Source: Paramoeba atlantica
Taxonomy: Eukaryota > Protista > Discosea
Reading direction: 5' to 3'
DNA length: 47,806 nucleotides
Assembly: GCA_977017575.1 (NCBI GenBank)
Contig: CDRNVI010000186.1
Span: 1-47,806, forward strand
Below the pieces are notes generated by a model that searched no databases, was not told where the DNA came from, and saw only the letters and a list, made by a program, of their open reading frames with translations. Positions 11,150 to 22,669 of this stretch are shown here, in pieces; position 1 is the stretch's first letter, and the number at the start of each line of letters is the position of its first letter. A program made the position numbers and the translations under genes.

Positions 11150-11890
11150 AGATCACTCTGGTCAACAGATATTAAAAATGTCTTTAATTATCCTTCAAAA
11201 ATTAGATGGAGCAACTTATTTCAAAAAGAATCACTCAAAGCACCCACCCATTGGTTCAATTCACTTGAAGTCATTAAAGAAATCAGGTAATATACTTCAT
11301 TTTGAATGTGTTACAATGTGTAAGAACTAATTTTGATAAGAGTAGTGTTTGAATTGGCCAGTCTTTCAAGAAGTGAGTTTATTTGGATGTTGTAAGGGAT
11401 CTTTGCTGACATTTGCCAACCAAGGAATGGGAAAAAAAGAGGCCTTGTCTCAAAGGTTCTTTTTTATCTTTTTTTCTTTCTTTTTTTTTCTTTTTTCTTT
11501 CTTTTCTTTTCTTGTTTCTTTTTTTTTTTTTTTTTTCATTTTTTTTTCTTTTTTCTTTTTTTTTTCTTTCATTTTTCATTTTTCAACTTCTTTTTTCATT
11601 TTTCTTTTTTCTTTTTATTTTTTTCTTTCCTTTCTATTTTCATTTTTTTCATTTTTTTTTTCATTTCTCTCTTTTCTCTTTTCTTTTTATCTATTGGAAA
11701 GAATTCTCCAAGACCATTCTTTCAACCTCAGTGTAATTAGTTGCTGCTCTTCACTTTATTTGGCATCATCCTTCAAGAGTGGAGTTGGAACATTAAAACA
11801 ATGTTCACTGGAAAACACTTTGGCTTGATTGACAACATGTCCTGCCAATTATTGCACAATTTTCGATGAGAAAGGCTCCAATTACACTTC
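11150..11890 (-). pseudogene. Disabled exons including a PH-domain-like C-terminus; possibly the former 3' part of the ankyrin gene
   Basis: Frame EV*LEPFSSKIVQ*LAGHVVNQAKVFSSEHCFNVPTPLLKDDAK*SEEQQLITLRLKEWSW, and further downstream TL*HIQNEVYYLISLMTSSELNQWVGALSDSF (PH strand 7 plus Trp-containing helix). TAA stops at 11882-84, 11849-51, 11756-58 and 11311-13. Confidence 0.45.
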
Positions 11891-12035
11891 CTATGAAAAC
11901 AAAAGAACAAAACAAATTTCACAACTCTTCAAGTTGCAATCTTTTAGAATCTTGTGGCTGGTTTGATATTTACTATATTCTATAAAAACTGTTAATAACA
12001 TTTCATAAAAAAGAAAAGAATTTAAAAAATCAAAC

Positions 12036-14029
12036 TCTTTCTTCAAATTTGTTGATTAGTTCAATAATTCTGTGATTTTTTGCAATATCAAGCACTGTCT
12101 TCCCATCCTAACAAAAAATGAAAAGAGAGTTTAAAAAAAAAGAACTTCAACAATAACAAAAAAGAAAATATAAAAAGAAAATCAAAACTTTATCTTGAAG
12201 ATGAAGGTAGGATCCACATTCAAGAAGAATCAATACAAATTTTTCATTACTTTTGTGAACAGCTTTGTGAAGAGCAGTTTCTCCATTCTAATAAAAAGAA
12301 ATGAAAAAAAAAATAAATCATTAGAATATTCACAACAACAAATAAAAATGAGAGAGAAAATCAAAAAGAAAATAAAATCAAAACATTGTTTTGAATATTA
12401 ATGTTGCATTCATGCTCAACAAGAATTTTCATCACTTCTTCAGAATGTTGAGAAACAGCTCTGTGAAGAGGTGCCTGTCCATACTTTACAAAAAGATTAA
12501 AACAGAACAAAACAAATCCCACAACATCAAAGTAACACCATCACACCACAACATTAAAGAAAAAAATCAAAACTTGATCTTGAAGATCAATGTCAGACCC
12601 ATGTTCCACAAGAATTCGCATAATTTCTTTCAAACCTTTGTCAACAGCTTTGTGAAGAGGGGTTATTCCAGACTAATGAATAAGAAGTTTCAAAAAAAAA
12701 AAATCACTCAACACAAACCATCACTCTCTCAACAAATAAAAATGAGAAAAAATAAAAAATAATATAAATAAAACTTTGGTTCGAAGATCAGGATTGGCCC
12801 CATGTTCAAGGAGAGTTTTCACAACTTCTTTAAACTGATAATCAACAGCAAAGTGAAGAGGGGTCTCCCCATTCTAAGAAAAAGGAGTTCAAAAAAAAGG
12901 AATAAATCACATACACAACAATCACTCCCCACCACACACCAATTTTAAAACTGAACAACAAAAAAAAAAAATGAAAAAAAAATAGAAAAAGAAAATCAAA
13001 ACTTCATTTTGAAGATTGATATTAGATCCACGTTCAATCAGAATTCTCACAATTTCTTCAAAACCCTTGCAAGAAGCTATGTGAAGGGAGGTCCATCGAT
13101 GCTGAAACAAAAAGGAGTTTAAAAAAAAGAATATAAACCAAATCCCACAACCATCTCACCCTCTCATCATCATAACAACAAAAAAAAAATTGAAAAATAA
13201 AGAATCAAAGTAGAAAAAAAAATCAAAAAACATTGGTTTGAAGATCAATGTTAGCACCATGTTGTTGAAGAAGAATTTCCACAATGTCTTTAAAACCTTT
13301 GAAAACAGCTTTGTAAAGAGCAGGTCGTCCATACTGAACAAAAAAGAATTTTAAAAAAAAAGAACAATCAAAAAGAAAAAGAAAAAGAAAAAGAAAATCA
13401 AAACATTATCTTGAACATTGATGTTGGGTCCATGTTCAAGAAGAAGTTTCACAACTTCTTTAAAGCCATTGTTTGCAACTCTGTGAAGAGCAGTTTGTCC
13501 ATACTAAAGTTTTTTATTGTTTTTTTAAAAAAAATAAAACACACAACCACCTCTCTCACCCTCTCCATCCACTTCAAAACAAAAGTCCAAAAAATCAACA
13601 ACAAATCAAAATGAGAAAACAAGAGAAAAAGAAAAAGAAAAGTAAAACTTGATCTTGAATATCAATGCTGGCGCCATGTACAAGAAGAATTTTCACAATT
13701 TCTTCCAAACCATTCTCAGCAGCCAAGTGAAGAGCGGTCATTCCATCCTTAACAAAAAAAAAAGAAACAAATTCAAAATTTTGAATCACACACAATCAAG
13801 AGACACAAAGTAAAAGAGAAAGAGAGAAAAGAGAGAGAGAGAGAGAAGAGAGAGAGGGAATAAACATTTAATTGAAACATTTAACCTTGTTGAGGTTGAA
13901 GTCAATATCAAGTTCGAAATTTTGATTTTCTTTTTGAAGAAGAGCTTTGACAAGTTCTTTATCTCCTTTCGCAACAGCACCAAAAAGATTCTTGTTTTCT
14001 TCTGTTGAAGTTTCTCCTTCTTCTTCCAT
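12036..14029 (-). CDS. Ankyrin-repeat protein, ~10 exons with one ankyrin repeat per exon; 3' end unresolved
   Basis: ATG at 14029 (MEEEGET...). Eight ~99-102-nt phase-0 exons, e.g. DGMTALHLAAENGLEEIVKILLVHGASIDIQDQ, HRWTSLHIASCKGFEEIVRILIERGSNINLQNE, NGETPLHFAVDYQFKEVVKTLLEHGANPDLRTK, then a capping exon DGKTVLDIAK. Confidence 0.9.
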
Positions 14030-14488
14030 CTTCAGAGAGAGAAAAGAGGTTGAGATTTGATCTTTTTGATTGTTGATCGAGGAGCTCCAAGCAGAAGGAA
14101 AGCAACACACCTCAAGAAAGAAAAAAGAAAAAAAGAAAAAAGAGACAAAAACACGATTTTAAAAACACTGATTTTAAAAACCTGTTCTTTCAGATTTAGC
14201 TTCAATTTACACCAAAAAAAAAATTAAAAAATTGAGTTGAACCAAAAAGAGATGAAAGTTTTAGGGAGCTTGATTTTGAGCTTTATTTTCTTTGTTGTTT
14301 TGCTTGCGAGAAGGTTGCATTGTTCCGTTGTTCTTTCAGTGTTTCGAGGTGTCTCGAAGAAAATAAATGTTTCAAAAAAGGATGGAACTTTCTTCTTCAT
14401 TCAAACTCTTTTTTTACTTTTCTTATTTTTAGTTTTTTTTGCCCCATTTTCCTCGAAAAAACCGTCATTTTCTCTTTTTCTTTTCGAG

Positions 14489-15766
14489 ATGAAAAACGTT
14501 CTTTTGGTTTTGGTTTTGTTTTTTTTCTTCTCTTTTGTCTTTGGTGATACAGACGATACAGACGCAAATTGTGGCTCAAAATGCAGAAGTGATCAAGATT
14601 GCCTTGACAATCCTTTCAATTATTGTACCTTTTGCAATGGAAGTGGTGTTTGTTCTCCCATGTGCGGGGTTGGTTGTCGACACGAATCAGATTGTAATAC
14701 AGGTTTTCGTTTTTTCTTTTTTCTTTTTCTTTTCTTTCTTGATCTTTGAACTCAATTGGAAAAGGTGGCCCTCAACCTTGTACTCAATGTGTGAACACAC
14801 AATGCGTCAATCCAAACCCTTTTTGTGGTGAATTTTGTGGTTATGGTGTTGATGCTGCTTGTCGGTTGGTTTTCTTTTTTTTTTTCTCTCCTTTTTCTTT
14901 TTGTACAATCTATCCATTTTGTGTGAGATTTGAGATTCTTTTATAAAATTGTAAAACCCTCTCTTTTTGAATCAATATCTCCACATTCGATCTGCTCATC
15001 TTTTTTCCCCCACATCACATCCACAAAGATACAACGGGACTGGACCTTGTGCAGGGTTCCAAAACCAATGTTGTATGTGTCACCCAACCGACTTAACAAA
15101 GGTTTTCATTTTATTTTGTCTCCTCTTCAAATAAACTTTCTCTTTTTCACTCATAATTTTCGATTTCTCATAATCAAGGGATGTGGCAATTGGACAAATT
15201 GTGACCAAAAATGTTCCACTGACAGCGACTGCAAAGAGTTTGATGGAAATTGCACTTTTTGTATCAGCGGAAAATGTCAGGTAAACTATTCTCTTTTTTT
15301 TTTTCATTTCTTTTTCTTTTCTCTCTTCTCTCTTTTTCATTTCAATTAATCTCAAATCAAAAGGAAAATAATGGTCCACAATGTGGGACAATTTGTGTGA
15401 ATTCAGGACAATGTGCTGCAAATCCAACTTGCTCACAATGCATTGGCAGTGTTTGTTCACCAGCTCAAAAATGCGGACAGAGTTGCATTAGTTCAGGTTC
15501 AAAATTTTTTCTTTTTTAATTCGTAGGTTGAAATGATATTTGAAGAATATTGTTCTCATCTTGTCCTCTCTTTTCTCTCCCAATTCTCCCCAGGACAATG
15601 TGAAGGATACAATCCTGGGACTTCATGTGTTGCTTGCATCGGCGCAGTTTGCCAAAATACACTCTCTTGTGGATCTCTTTGTGGTTCAAGTAGTCAATGT
15701 GATTCATCATGTCCAACATGTAACTTTGGAAAATGCCAAAAATCAGAAGAAGGGAGTTACAACTAA
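14489..15766 (+). CDS. Secreted cysteine-rich repeat protein (~7 six-Cys modules), 6 exons
   Basis: Signal peptide MKNVLLVLVLFFFFSFVFG; repeated C-x3-C-x5-C-x5..8-C-x2-C-x4..5-C modules (CGSKCRSDQDCLDNPFNYCTFCNGSGVC; CGTICVNSGQCAANPTCSQCIGSVC); TAA at 15764-66. Confidence 0.85.
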
Positions 15767-15952
15767 GATTCATTTTTGGTTTTTTTCGAAATAAAGATTT
15801 TTCTCTTCTTTTTTCTTGATCAGAAATTGTGATTCAAAAATATTTATTAATTTTCCTTGGAATTTGTGATGTGAAAAATTGACATTTTCCTACAATCACA
15901 ACTTCTCATCTTTGAGAACAAATATCGCAGGTCTGTTTTCAGTTTTAAAATA

Positions 15953-18776
15953 TTACTTGGCAGCAGAATAACCAGATTCATTTGCTTTTTGTGTGTCATC
16001 CAAATTTTTAATTCCAAAGCCTGTAATTCTTTGTCCTTTCCCCTTTTGTGTTTATTTTCGATTTAGTAAAATATAATTCAACAATAGAAAGGAAAAATAA
16101 AAAAACACAAACAGATTTGGCATTGTCTCGAAGCCACTTCAACATCGCAGGAGTTCCCATGTTGCACGCAGAACGAGGAGGAATAATCAAATTATTATCT
16201 CTCACATCTAAAAATTCAATTTGAATCATATATCCCATACTCCATGGTAATCGTGAGAGCACATTCCCACTCAAATCCAATCTGTGAAAAGAATTTTTCA
16301 AATTAGATTTAAGAAAGAAAAAAAAAAAGGAAATTAAAGAAAAAAAATCAAACTTTTGGAGCGAGACAAGACCACCAATCTCTTCGGGCAATTCGGTTAT
16401 CTCATTACTCTTAGCTTTTAATACCAACAATTGATCCAAATTTTCAATCTCAGGTGGAAGAGTATTGAGTTTGTTCGATTCAATATTCAATTTTGTAAGT
16501 GTTTTGAGATCTCCAACCTCCCCAGAAATGGTAATCAATTGATTGCTTGCTAAAAGAAAAGAGTAAAATGAGAATCACGGGAAGAAGAGAGAAAAAAAAT
16601 CGAAAAAAGAAAACCCAAATTCAAATCCAAAAGACTCTTCATGAGAGACAATTCAGGAGGCATGCTCACAAAAGCATTATGTGAGAAATTTAATTTTGTC
16701 AGCGTTGTTAAATTTCCTATTTTTTTTGTGATTCTTAAATCAAAAAGTTGCTTTTTTGAGATTTGTTTCAAAAAAAAAAGAAAAAACCAATTTCTTGTGG
16801 AAGAAGTTCAAGAGAAATCTCATTATGAGAAAGATCTAAATTTTCTAATCCTGTTAAAAATCCAATTTCGTTTGGGAGAACCTTTAAAATATTTTGGATT
16901 TTAATCTCAAAAACAAATAATTAAATGACAAGAATACAAGAAAAAGAAACCTTAAGATCACAATCAGTCGCAGAGAAAGATGTCAATTTTTGTAGATATC
17001 CAATTTCTAAAATATTCAAAGATCAAAAAAAAAGAAAGAAAAAAAAGAAAGAAAAAAACCAAACAACCTCTTGGAAGCTCAAACATTTTATTTTTTGAGA
17101 CATCAAAGCTCTGAATAAAAGGAAAGAATGAAAATGAAATTACAAAAGAAATTGAACGAAAACACAGTCAAAAAAAAAAGATTTTCAAGAACAATTTTTT
17201 CCCCAGAACGAAAAAAAAAAGAAAGAAAAAAAGAAAAATACAGTCAATTCTTGGCAGTACCCAATTTCCTTTGGCAATTCGTGGATGTCGATTCCTCTGA
17301 GAGAGAGAGTCGTCATCTATTAAAAAAAGTTAAAAAACAATTTCTCACAAAAGAAAAGAAAAGAGAAAAAAAAGAAAAGAGAAAAGAAAAGAGAAAAGAA
17401 AAGAGAAAAGAGAAAAGAAAAGAAAAGAAAAGAGAAACCTTTCGGAGATATTGAAGAAGAGGAGCTTTTTTTAAAGATAAACATCCAGAGAGATCACAAA
17501 CTAAAATACTTTGCAAATAGGCAAAATGTTGTGGGAGATCTCTGTAATTCTTTTCGCATGAATATCTTTTCATCTCTTTTCTTTCTTTTCTTTCTTTTCT
17601 TTCTTTTCTTTCTTTCTTTCTTTCCTTTTTCTTTTCTTTAGTGTGTTTAATTTCCTTTCAATTAAAAAGAAAAGAAAAACTTACTCAAGAGGATTTATAT
17701 TTAAATAAAGTTGCTCCAAAGTCTTCCAAGCCACACACAACTCAGCAGGGAAATGTTTCAATTTGTTGTTTTTAATTGAAAAAACTTTGATACTTTTCCA
17801 TTCTTGAAGCTCAAGAGGGAGAGCTATTCATTATTTGTGAGAGAGAAAAAAATGAAATGACTTTTTTTAAAACAAAAAGAGAAGGAATGAAAGTGAGGAG
17901 AAAGAAAGAGAGAGAGAGAGAAACCAGCAATATTATTTCCATCAATCAGAAATTCTTCTAAATTTGCTAACTTGCCCCATTCTCGAGGAATCAAAGACAA
18001 TTGGTTTTGGGCAAGATCTAATGTTTGGAGATGAACACAATCTCCAATTTCTGGTTTGGAAAAAGAAAAAAGATTTGAGTTTTGTATTTTTTAATATTGT
18101 TGATCTGTTTTGTTTTGAAATTGAAAAGAGAAGAAATAAATATTAAAAGAAGAAGAATAATATACCTGCAGGCAAACGCATTAACTCATTCTCACGTAAG
18201 AGAAGTGTTTTAAGATTTTTGAGCATTCCAATTTCCAGAGGAAGTTCTAGAAAGAGAAAGAAAAAAAAATCAAAAAATTCGATTTCAAATTCAATTATTT
18301 TGAACCACAAAAAAAAAAGAAAAAGAAAAAAGAAAAACCTCCAACAAACAACTTATTTTTTCTGACATCAAGAAATTGGATCATTTCACATTCCTTGATA
18401 CTTTCAGGGAGAGTTGTGAGAATGTTGTTACTCAATCGAAGCTCTTCTAACAGCCATAATTTTCCAATTTCCGCTGAGAGAGTGATAATGTGGATCGTGA
18501 GAAGGAGAGAGAGAGAGAGAAGACAGAGGTAAAAAGAAAAGAAGAGAGAGAAGAAGAAAGAAAAAGAAAAAAAAAAGAAAAAGAAAAAAAAAGAAAAAAA
18601 CCAGGAAGACGATCAATTTGATTGTCAGACAAATCTAAAATCTTACATTTCTTCAACCCACCAATTGTTGTTGGTATTTTCAGAATCTTTGGTTTTTGAT
18701 TTGACAAATCAACAACCTCTTTCTTCTTCCACTTTGACTCAGTGAATTTTTGATCAATTGTCTTCTTACTAAACAT
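15953..18776 (-). CDS. Leucine-rich-repeat protein (SHOC2/RSU1-like cytoplasmic LRR), multi-exon
   Basis: ATG at 18776; many LxxLxLxxNxLxxLP repeats (LKKCKILDLSDNQIDRLP, LKTLTKLNIESNKLNTLPPEIENL, LDLSGNVLSRLPWSMG) and an LRR cap (IPPRSACNMGTPAMLKWL). Last exon read as GKGQRITGFG...YSAAK*. Confidence 0.85.
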
Positions 18777-19043
18777 CTTATTCTTCTTTCTTTTTCTTTT
18801 CCTTTTTTTTTCTTGTTTTTTTTCTTTCTTTTTTTCTTTCGAGTGTTTTTCTCCTTCCCACTCTCCTCAACCAATCGAGATTTGCACTTGAGTTTTCCAA
18901 AAAAAAAAAAAAAAGATAAAAAAAAGCAAAAAAACAACAAAAATGCGATTTTTTGGACCTTTGAAAAAACAATCTCCTCCCCGCTCTTTTTCCGCTCAAA
19001 AAATAAACTATTTTTCATTTCATTTTATTGATTTAGTCAATTT

Positions 19044-19635
19044 TTACAATTGACCAGACTTGGCAATGACACAAGCTTGCTTGGGCTTGTCATTGGCACC
19101 AGTGGGAGTACCTTCGACCTTCTTAATAACGTCCAATCCTTCGACAACTTTACCGAAAACGACGTGCTTGCCATCCAACCAGGAGGTCTTGACGGTGCAG
19201 ATGAAAAATTGAGAGCTAAAAAAATAAACATTTTAATTGAGATTCTTTTCAAAAAAGGAAAAAAAAAAAAAAAAAGAAAGATTGAAACCCGTTGGTGTTA
19301 GGTCCAGCGTTGGCCATGGAGAGGATACCGGGGCCAGTGTGGATTTCACGGAAGTTCTCGTCAGCGAATTTCTCTCCATAGATGGATTCACCACCAGTTC
19401 CGTTTCCACGGGTGAAATCTCCACCTTGGATCATGAATTGGGGGATAACGCGGTGGAAAGCAGATCCTTGGTAGTGGAGAGGCTTGCCAGATCGGCCATT
19501 TCCCTTCTCTCCAGTGCAAAGGGCACGGAAGTTCTCAGCGGTCCTGGGGACAATGTCGCTGAAGAGTTCCATAACAACTCGTCCTTGAGGTTTACCTCCA
19601 ATGGTGATATCAAAGAAAACACGGGGTCTGGCCAT
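19044..19635 (-). CDS. cyp: Cyclophilin-type peptidyl-prolyl isomerase, cytosolic, divergent-loop type; 172 aa, 2 exons
   Basis: [73 protein letters not shown]; intron 19288-19216. Confidence 0.97.
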
Positions 19636-20018
19636 TTTGATTGAAAGTCTCTTTTTCCCAACAGAAAGAAAATCAAGACAAACTCAAATGAACCCAATTA
19701 TGGGTGAATGCCACGTCATTTTATTTTTTTTATTTTTATATCACATTTTTCTGTGAATAATTATTTTGTAGCAGTTTTTTGCTCTTTTTTCTTTATTTGT
19801 GTTTTTCGTTTTTTGTGTGTTTTTTTGAAGCGAGAAAAAGGTCTCTTTTGAAAAAGTGGGAAAGAAAATTCTTCTTTGTGAAGGACAACAACCCCAAAAG
19901 AAAAAAAAAACACAAACACAAACACAAACAAAAAAAACATCAAAAAACAGAAACAACCCTCTCTTCTCTTTTACTTCTTTTCAAAAAAAAGAAAGTTCAA
20001 AATAAGAAGTCTCCAAAA

Positions 20019-21780
20019 ATGAAAAGAGGAAAGATGGAGATGACAGAAGAAGACTCGTACGGTCAAACCATCCTGGACCCAACACAGGATGATGAATCGT
20101 TTGGTGCCATTTATTATGACCGTTCCCATTACACTTCCACCGAATGTACAACTTCTCCTCCTCCTTCTCGTGTTCATAATTCATCCAGAAATAGTGGTGG
20201 TTCATCTACTCCTTCTTCTTCTTCCACACCTGAATCGCATTGGGATAGGTTGGAGCGACAAAAGACGGCTCTTCTCTCCGATATTTCTTCTTCAAAGGTT
20301 TAAAATTATTTTATTATTTATTTTTTTTTTCAAAAAAAAAAAAAAAGAGAAAAAAAATGAATTCAAATTCCAGAATATTCAGGACAAAGCGACAACTGTG
20401 ATGTTCTCTGATGAACATCAGATTGGAGTCATTGAATATGACAATTATGAGGAACCAACTGAGAAACTCACATGTTCGACAATTCTTTGGATGATTCTCT
20501 GTCCTGCTTGTATAGGTAAACTTTCTTTCTTTTTTCCTCTGTTCCACAAAACACTCTCTTCTTCATTTTTCTCACCTTTTCTGAATTTGTTTTGGAACTA
20601 AAAACATTCAAAAAAAGGAAAAATTTTCAACCGATCCCAGATGAAAGAAATTTTGGAATCTCTGATTACTTTTTCAAGTTTTATCATTGCAATTCAGCTC
20701 CTTTTATTGATCATCATGTTGTCTCAAGATGGGATTGACAGTAGCTTTCCAATTTGGGGTCCTTCGAAAGATACATTGTTGGAATGGGGAGCTCTGAATG
20801 GCGATAAAGTGATGCATTGTGCTGAGCTTTATCGAATTTTTTCTGCTATGTGGATTAATGCTGGTATCTTATCTCAATTCTTGCTCATTTTTTTTACCAT
20901 ATTTTGTGTCTTTTGTGAGAAGAGAATATCTCTCGCCCATCCAGAAGTGTTTTTTTGATTTTTCTCATATGTATACATATCCCCTCTTTTTTAGGAGTGA
21001 CACAATTTATTTTAAATACATTTGCCATTCTTCGAGTTGGTTTGTTTGTTGAATACCGTTGGCGTTGGATGCGCTATGCTCTCATCTATATGATGTGTGG
21101 TGTAAGTATGGATCTTCCCATTTTGATTCTTCAAGATTGTATCTTTTTTCCATTTTTTTTTGACTCTTTCCCAACCTAATAGGTGGGGGATTGTTGTCAT
21201 TAATTCTTCAACCAAATACCGTCAGTGTAACTTCATCTACTGCAATGTGTGGAATTGTTTCTGCTTATTTGTGTGAGGTTTATTGTTACATTATGTCAAG
21301 GATTTCATTTGAAATATTGAGATTTTTCTCTCCTTTTTTGCAGGTGATATTTACGTGGTATAAAACTGAATGGCTTCAAAGACTTATTTCTTCCATCATT
21401 TGTATCCTCTTTATCAGTCTGGTATTGTTTTTTTTTTCCACACACACTTTTTCTTCCTTTCTCTCAAAATTCTTTTTTTTTCAAGACACTTTTACTTGGA
21501 TTGGTGGATCCTTATGTTGATGACAGTGGAACAGTTGGTGGTGCAGTCATGGGTCTTTTATTGGGTTGTTACTATTCCTTGATTGAATCAGATTTCAACC
21601 CCCAAATCAAGGTAAAAAAAAACTGGACTTTGAATTCAACTTTTAAGGATTATAAAAATAATATTCGTTTGACAGGTTCATCTCCCAAATACGATTTTGG
21701 TTGTTGTGACGAGTTACTATGTCGCAGGAATCACTGTTTTTTATGTTTTGACTCCAGTTCAAAAAAAGACAACTTGTTAG
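20019..21780 (+). CDS. Rhomboid-family protein, predicted catalytically inactive
   Basis: WGPSKDTLLEWGAL, YRIFSAMWINAG, LRVGLFVEYRWRWMRYALIY, PNTVSVTSSTAMCG and PYVDDSGTVGG align to the rhomboid L1 loop, TM2, TM4 and TM6; multi-exon with GT-AG introns. Confidence 0.8.
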
Positions 21781-21910
21781 CAAGATCTTTGCTTTTTTTG
21801 GACTCTGTTTTTTGTTTTTCTCCTCAATCGTTCTTCTCTTTAACTTCGAGATGAAGTAAAGATGACTCCTTCTTTCAAACACTCCTTCTTTTGTAATATA
21901 ACAATAAAAT

Positions 21911-22231
21911 TTATCCGAATCGAGGTGAGATTGTTGCTAAGGGTGGTGACATCATTATCATGAATTTGGACCAATCCTCTTTCCGTTGTTTCAAACTAAA
22001 ATTAGTTGTTTTTGGGTTGTGTAAATAATCCTTTACAACTGTTCTAAAACACCTCGCTCTCCATCTCTCAACCGAACAAGAAGAAACTGAACAAATGCTG
22101 GCATTCTGGTGCGCTAGATTTAGCTCTCGAATTATTCTTTCAAAAACCGATTCTTCGAACGAGAGCGTCGTTCTCGAGAAAAAGAGTTGCTCTTTTTCTT
22201 CCAAAGCCCCTCTTCTCCTGGAAAGGATCAC
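21911..22231 (-). CDS. Hypothetical small protein (last exon; upstream exons possibly to ATG at 22492)
   Basis: 106-codon ORF of ordinary, non-low-complexity composition between the rhomboid and RasGEF genes; no family recognised. Confidence 0.35.
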   Translation of the reverse strand: MILSRRRGALEEKEQLFFSRTTLSFEESVFERIIRELNLAHQNASICSVSSCSVERWRARCFRTVVKDYLHNPKTTNFSLKQRKEDWSKFMIMMSPPLATISPRFG

Positions 22232-22669
22232 ATTTCCTGGAAAGTGTCACACTCAACAAGCTTTCAACCCTTTCCTTTTGCTTTTATCATTGAACTTTCG
22301 TTCTTGTTTGTTGATTTCAACCCCCTAGTAAATCCCTGATAAGGGCACACAATAATAATTGTGGAATTTTTTCAAACAAAAAAAAAGAAATAAATCAAAA
22401 AAAAGAAAACAAAAACAAGAAATCTAAATCTGGCGCCAATAGTACTTTCCCGCTCCGCTAAAATCTTTTTTGTGTGTTTGTGTTTTTTTCATCCCGTGTT
22501 TTTTTTTGGAAAAAAAAGAAAGAGAGAAAGAAAGAGAGAGAAAGAGAGAGAGAAAAGAGAGAGAGATCATCCATTCCCCCTCATTCCCCGTCTGATGATC
22601 ATCATCTTTTTTTGCTAAACTTGTTTTTTTTGGAGGCCAAAGTGACACTTTGTGAGGGAGAGAAGAGAT

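Noticed and set aside
8173-11890. Alternative genetic code (TAA/TAG read as Gln) as the cause of in-frame stops
   Set aside because: Intact genes end in TAA (eEF2, cyclophilin), TAG (rhomboid) and TGA (RasGEF), and multi-kb exons contain no internal stops; the interrupted frames also have frameshifts.
19037-19697. Antisense ORFs overlapping cyclophilin (19050-19301, 19237-19644)
   Set aside because: Typical shadow ORFs of a codon-biased, highly expressed gene.
19711-19718. CCACGTCA (TGACGTGG, bZIP/UPRE-like) upstream of cyclophilin
   Set aside because: A single 8-mer with no comparative or functional support.
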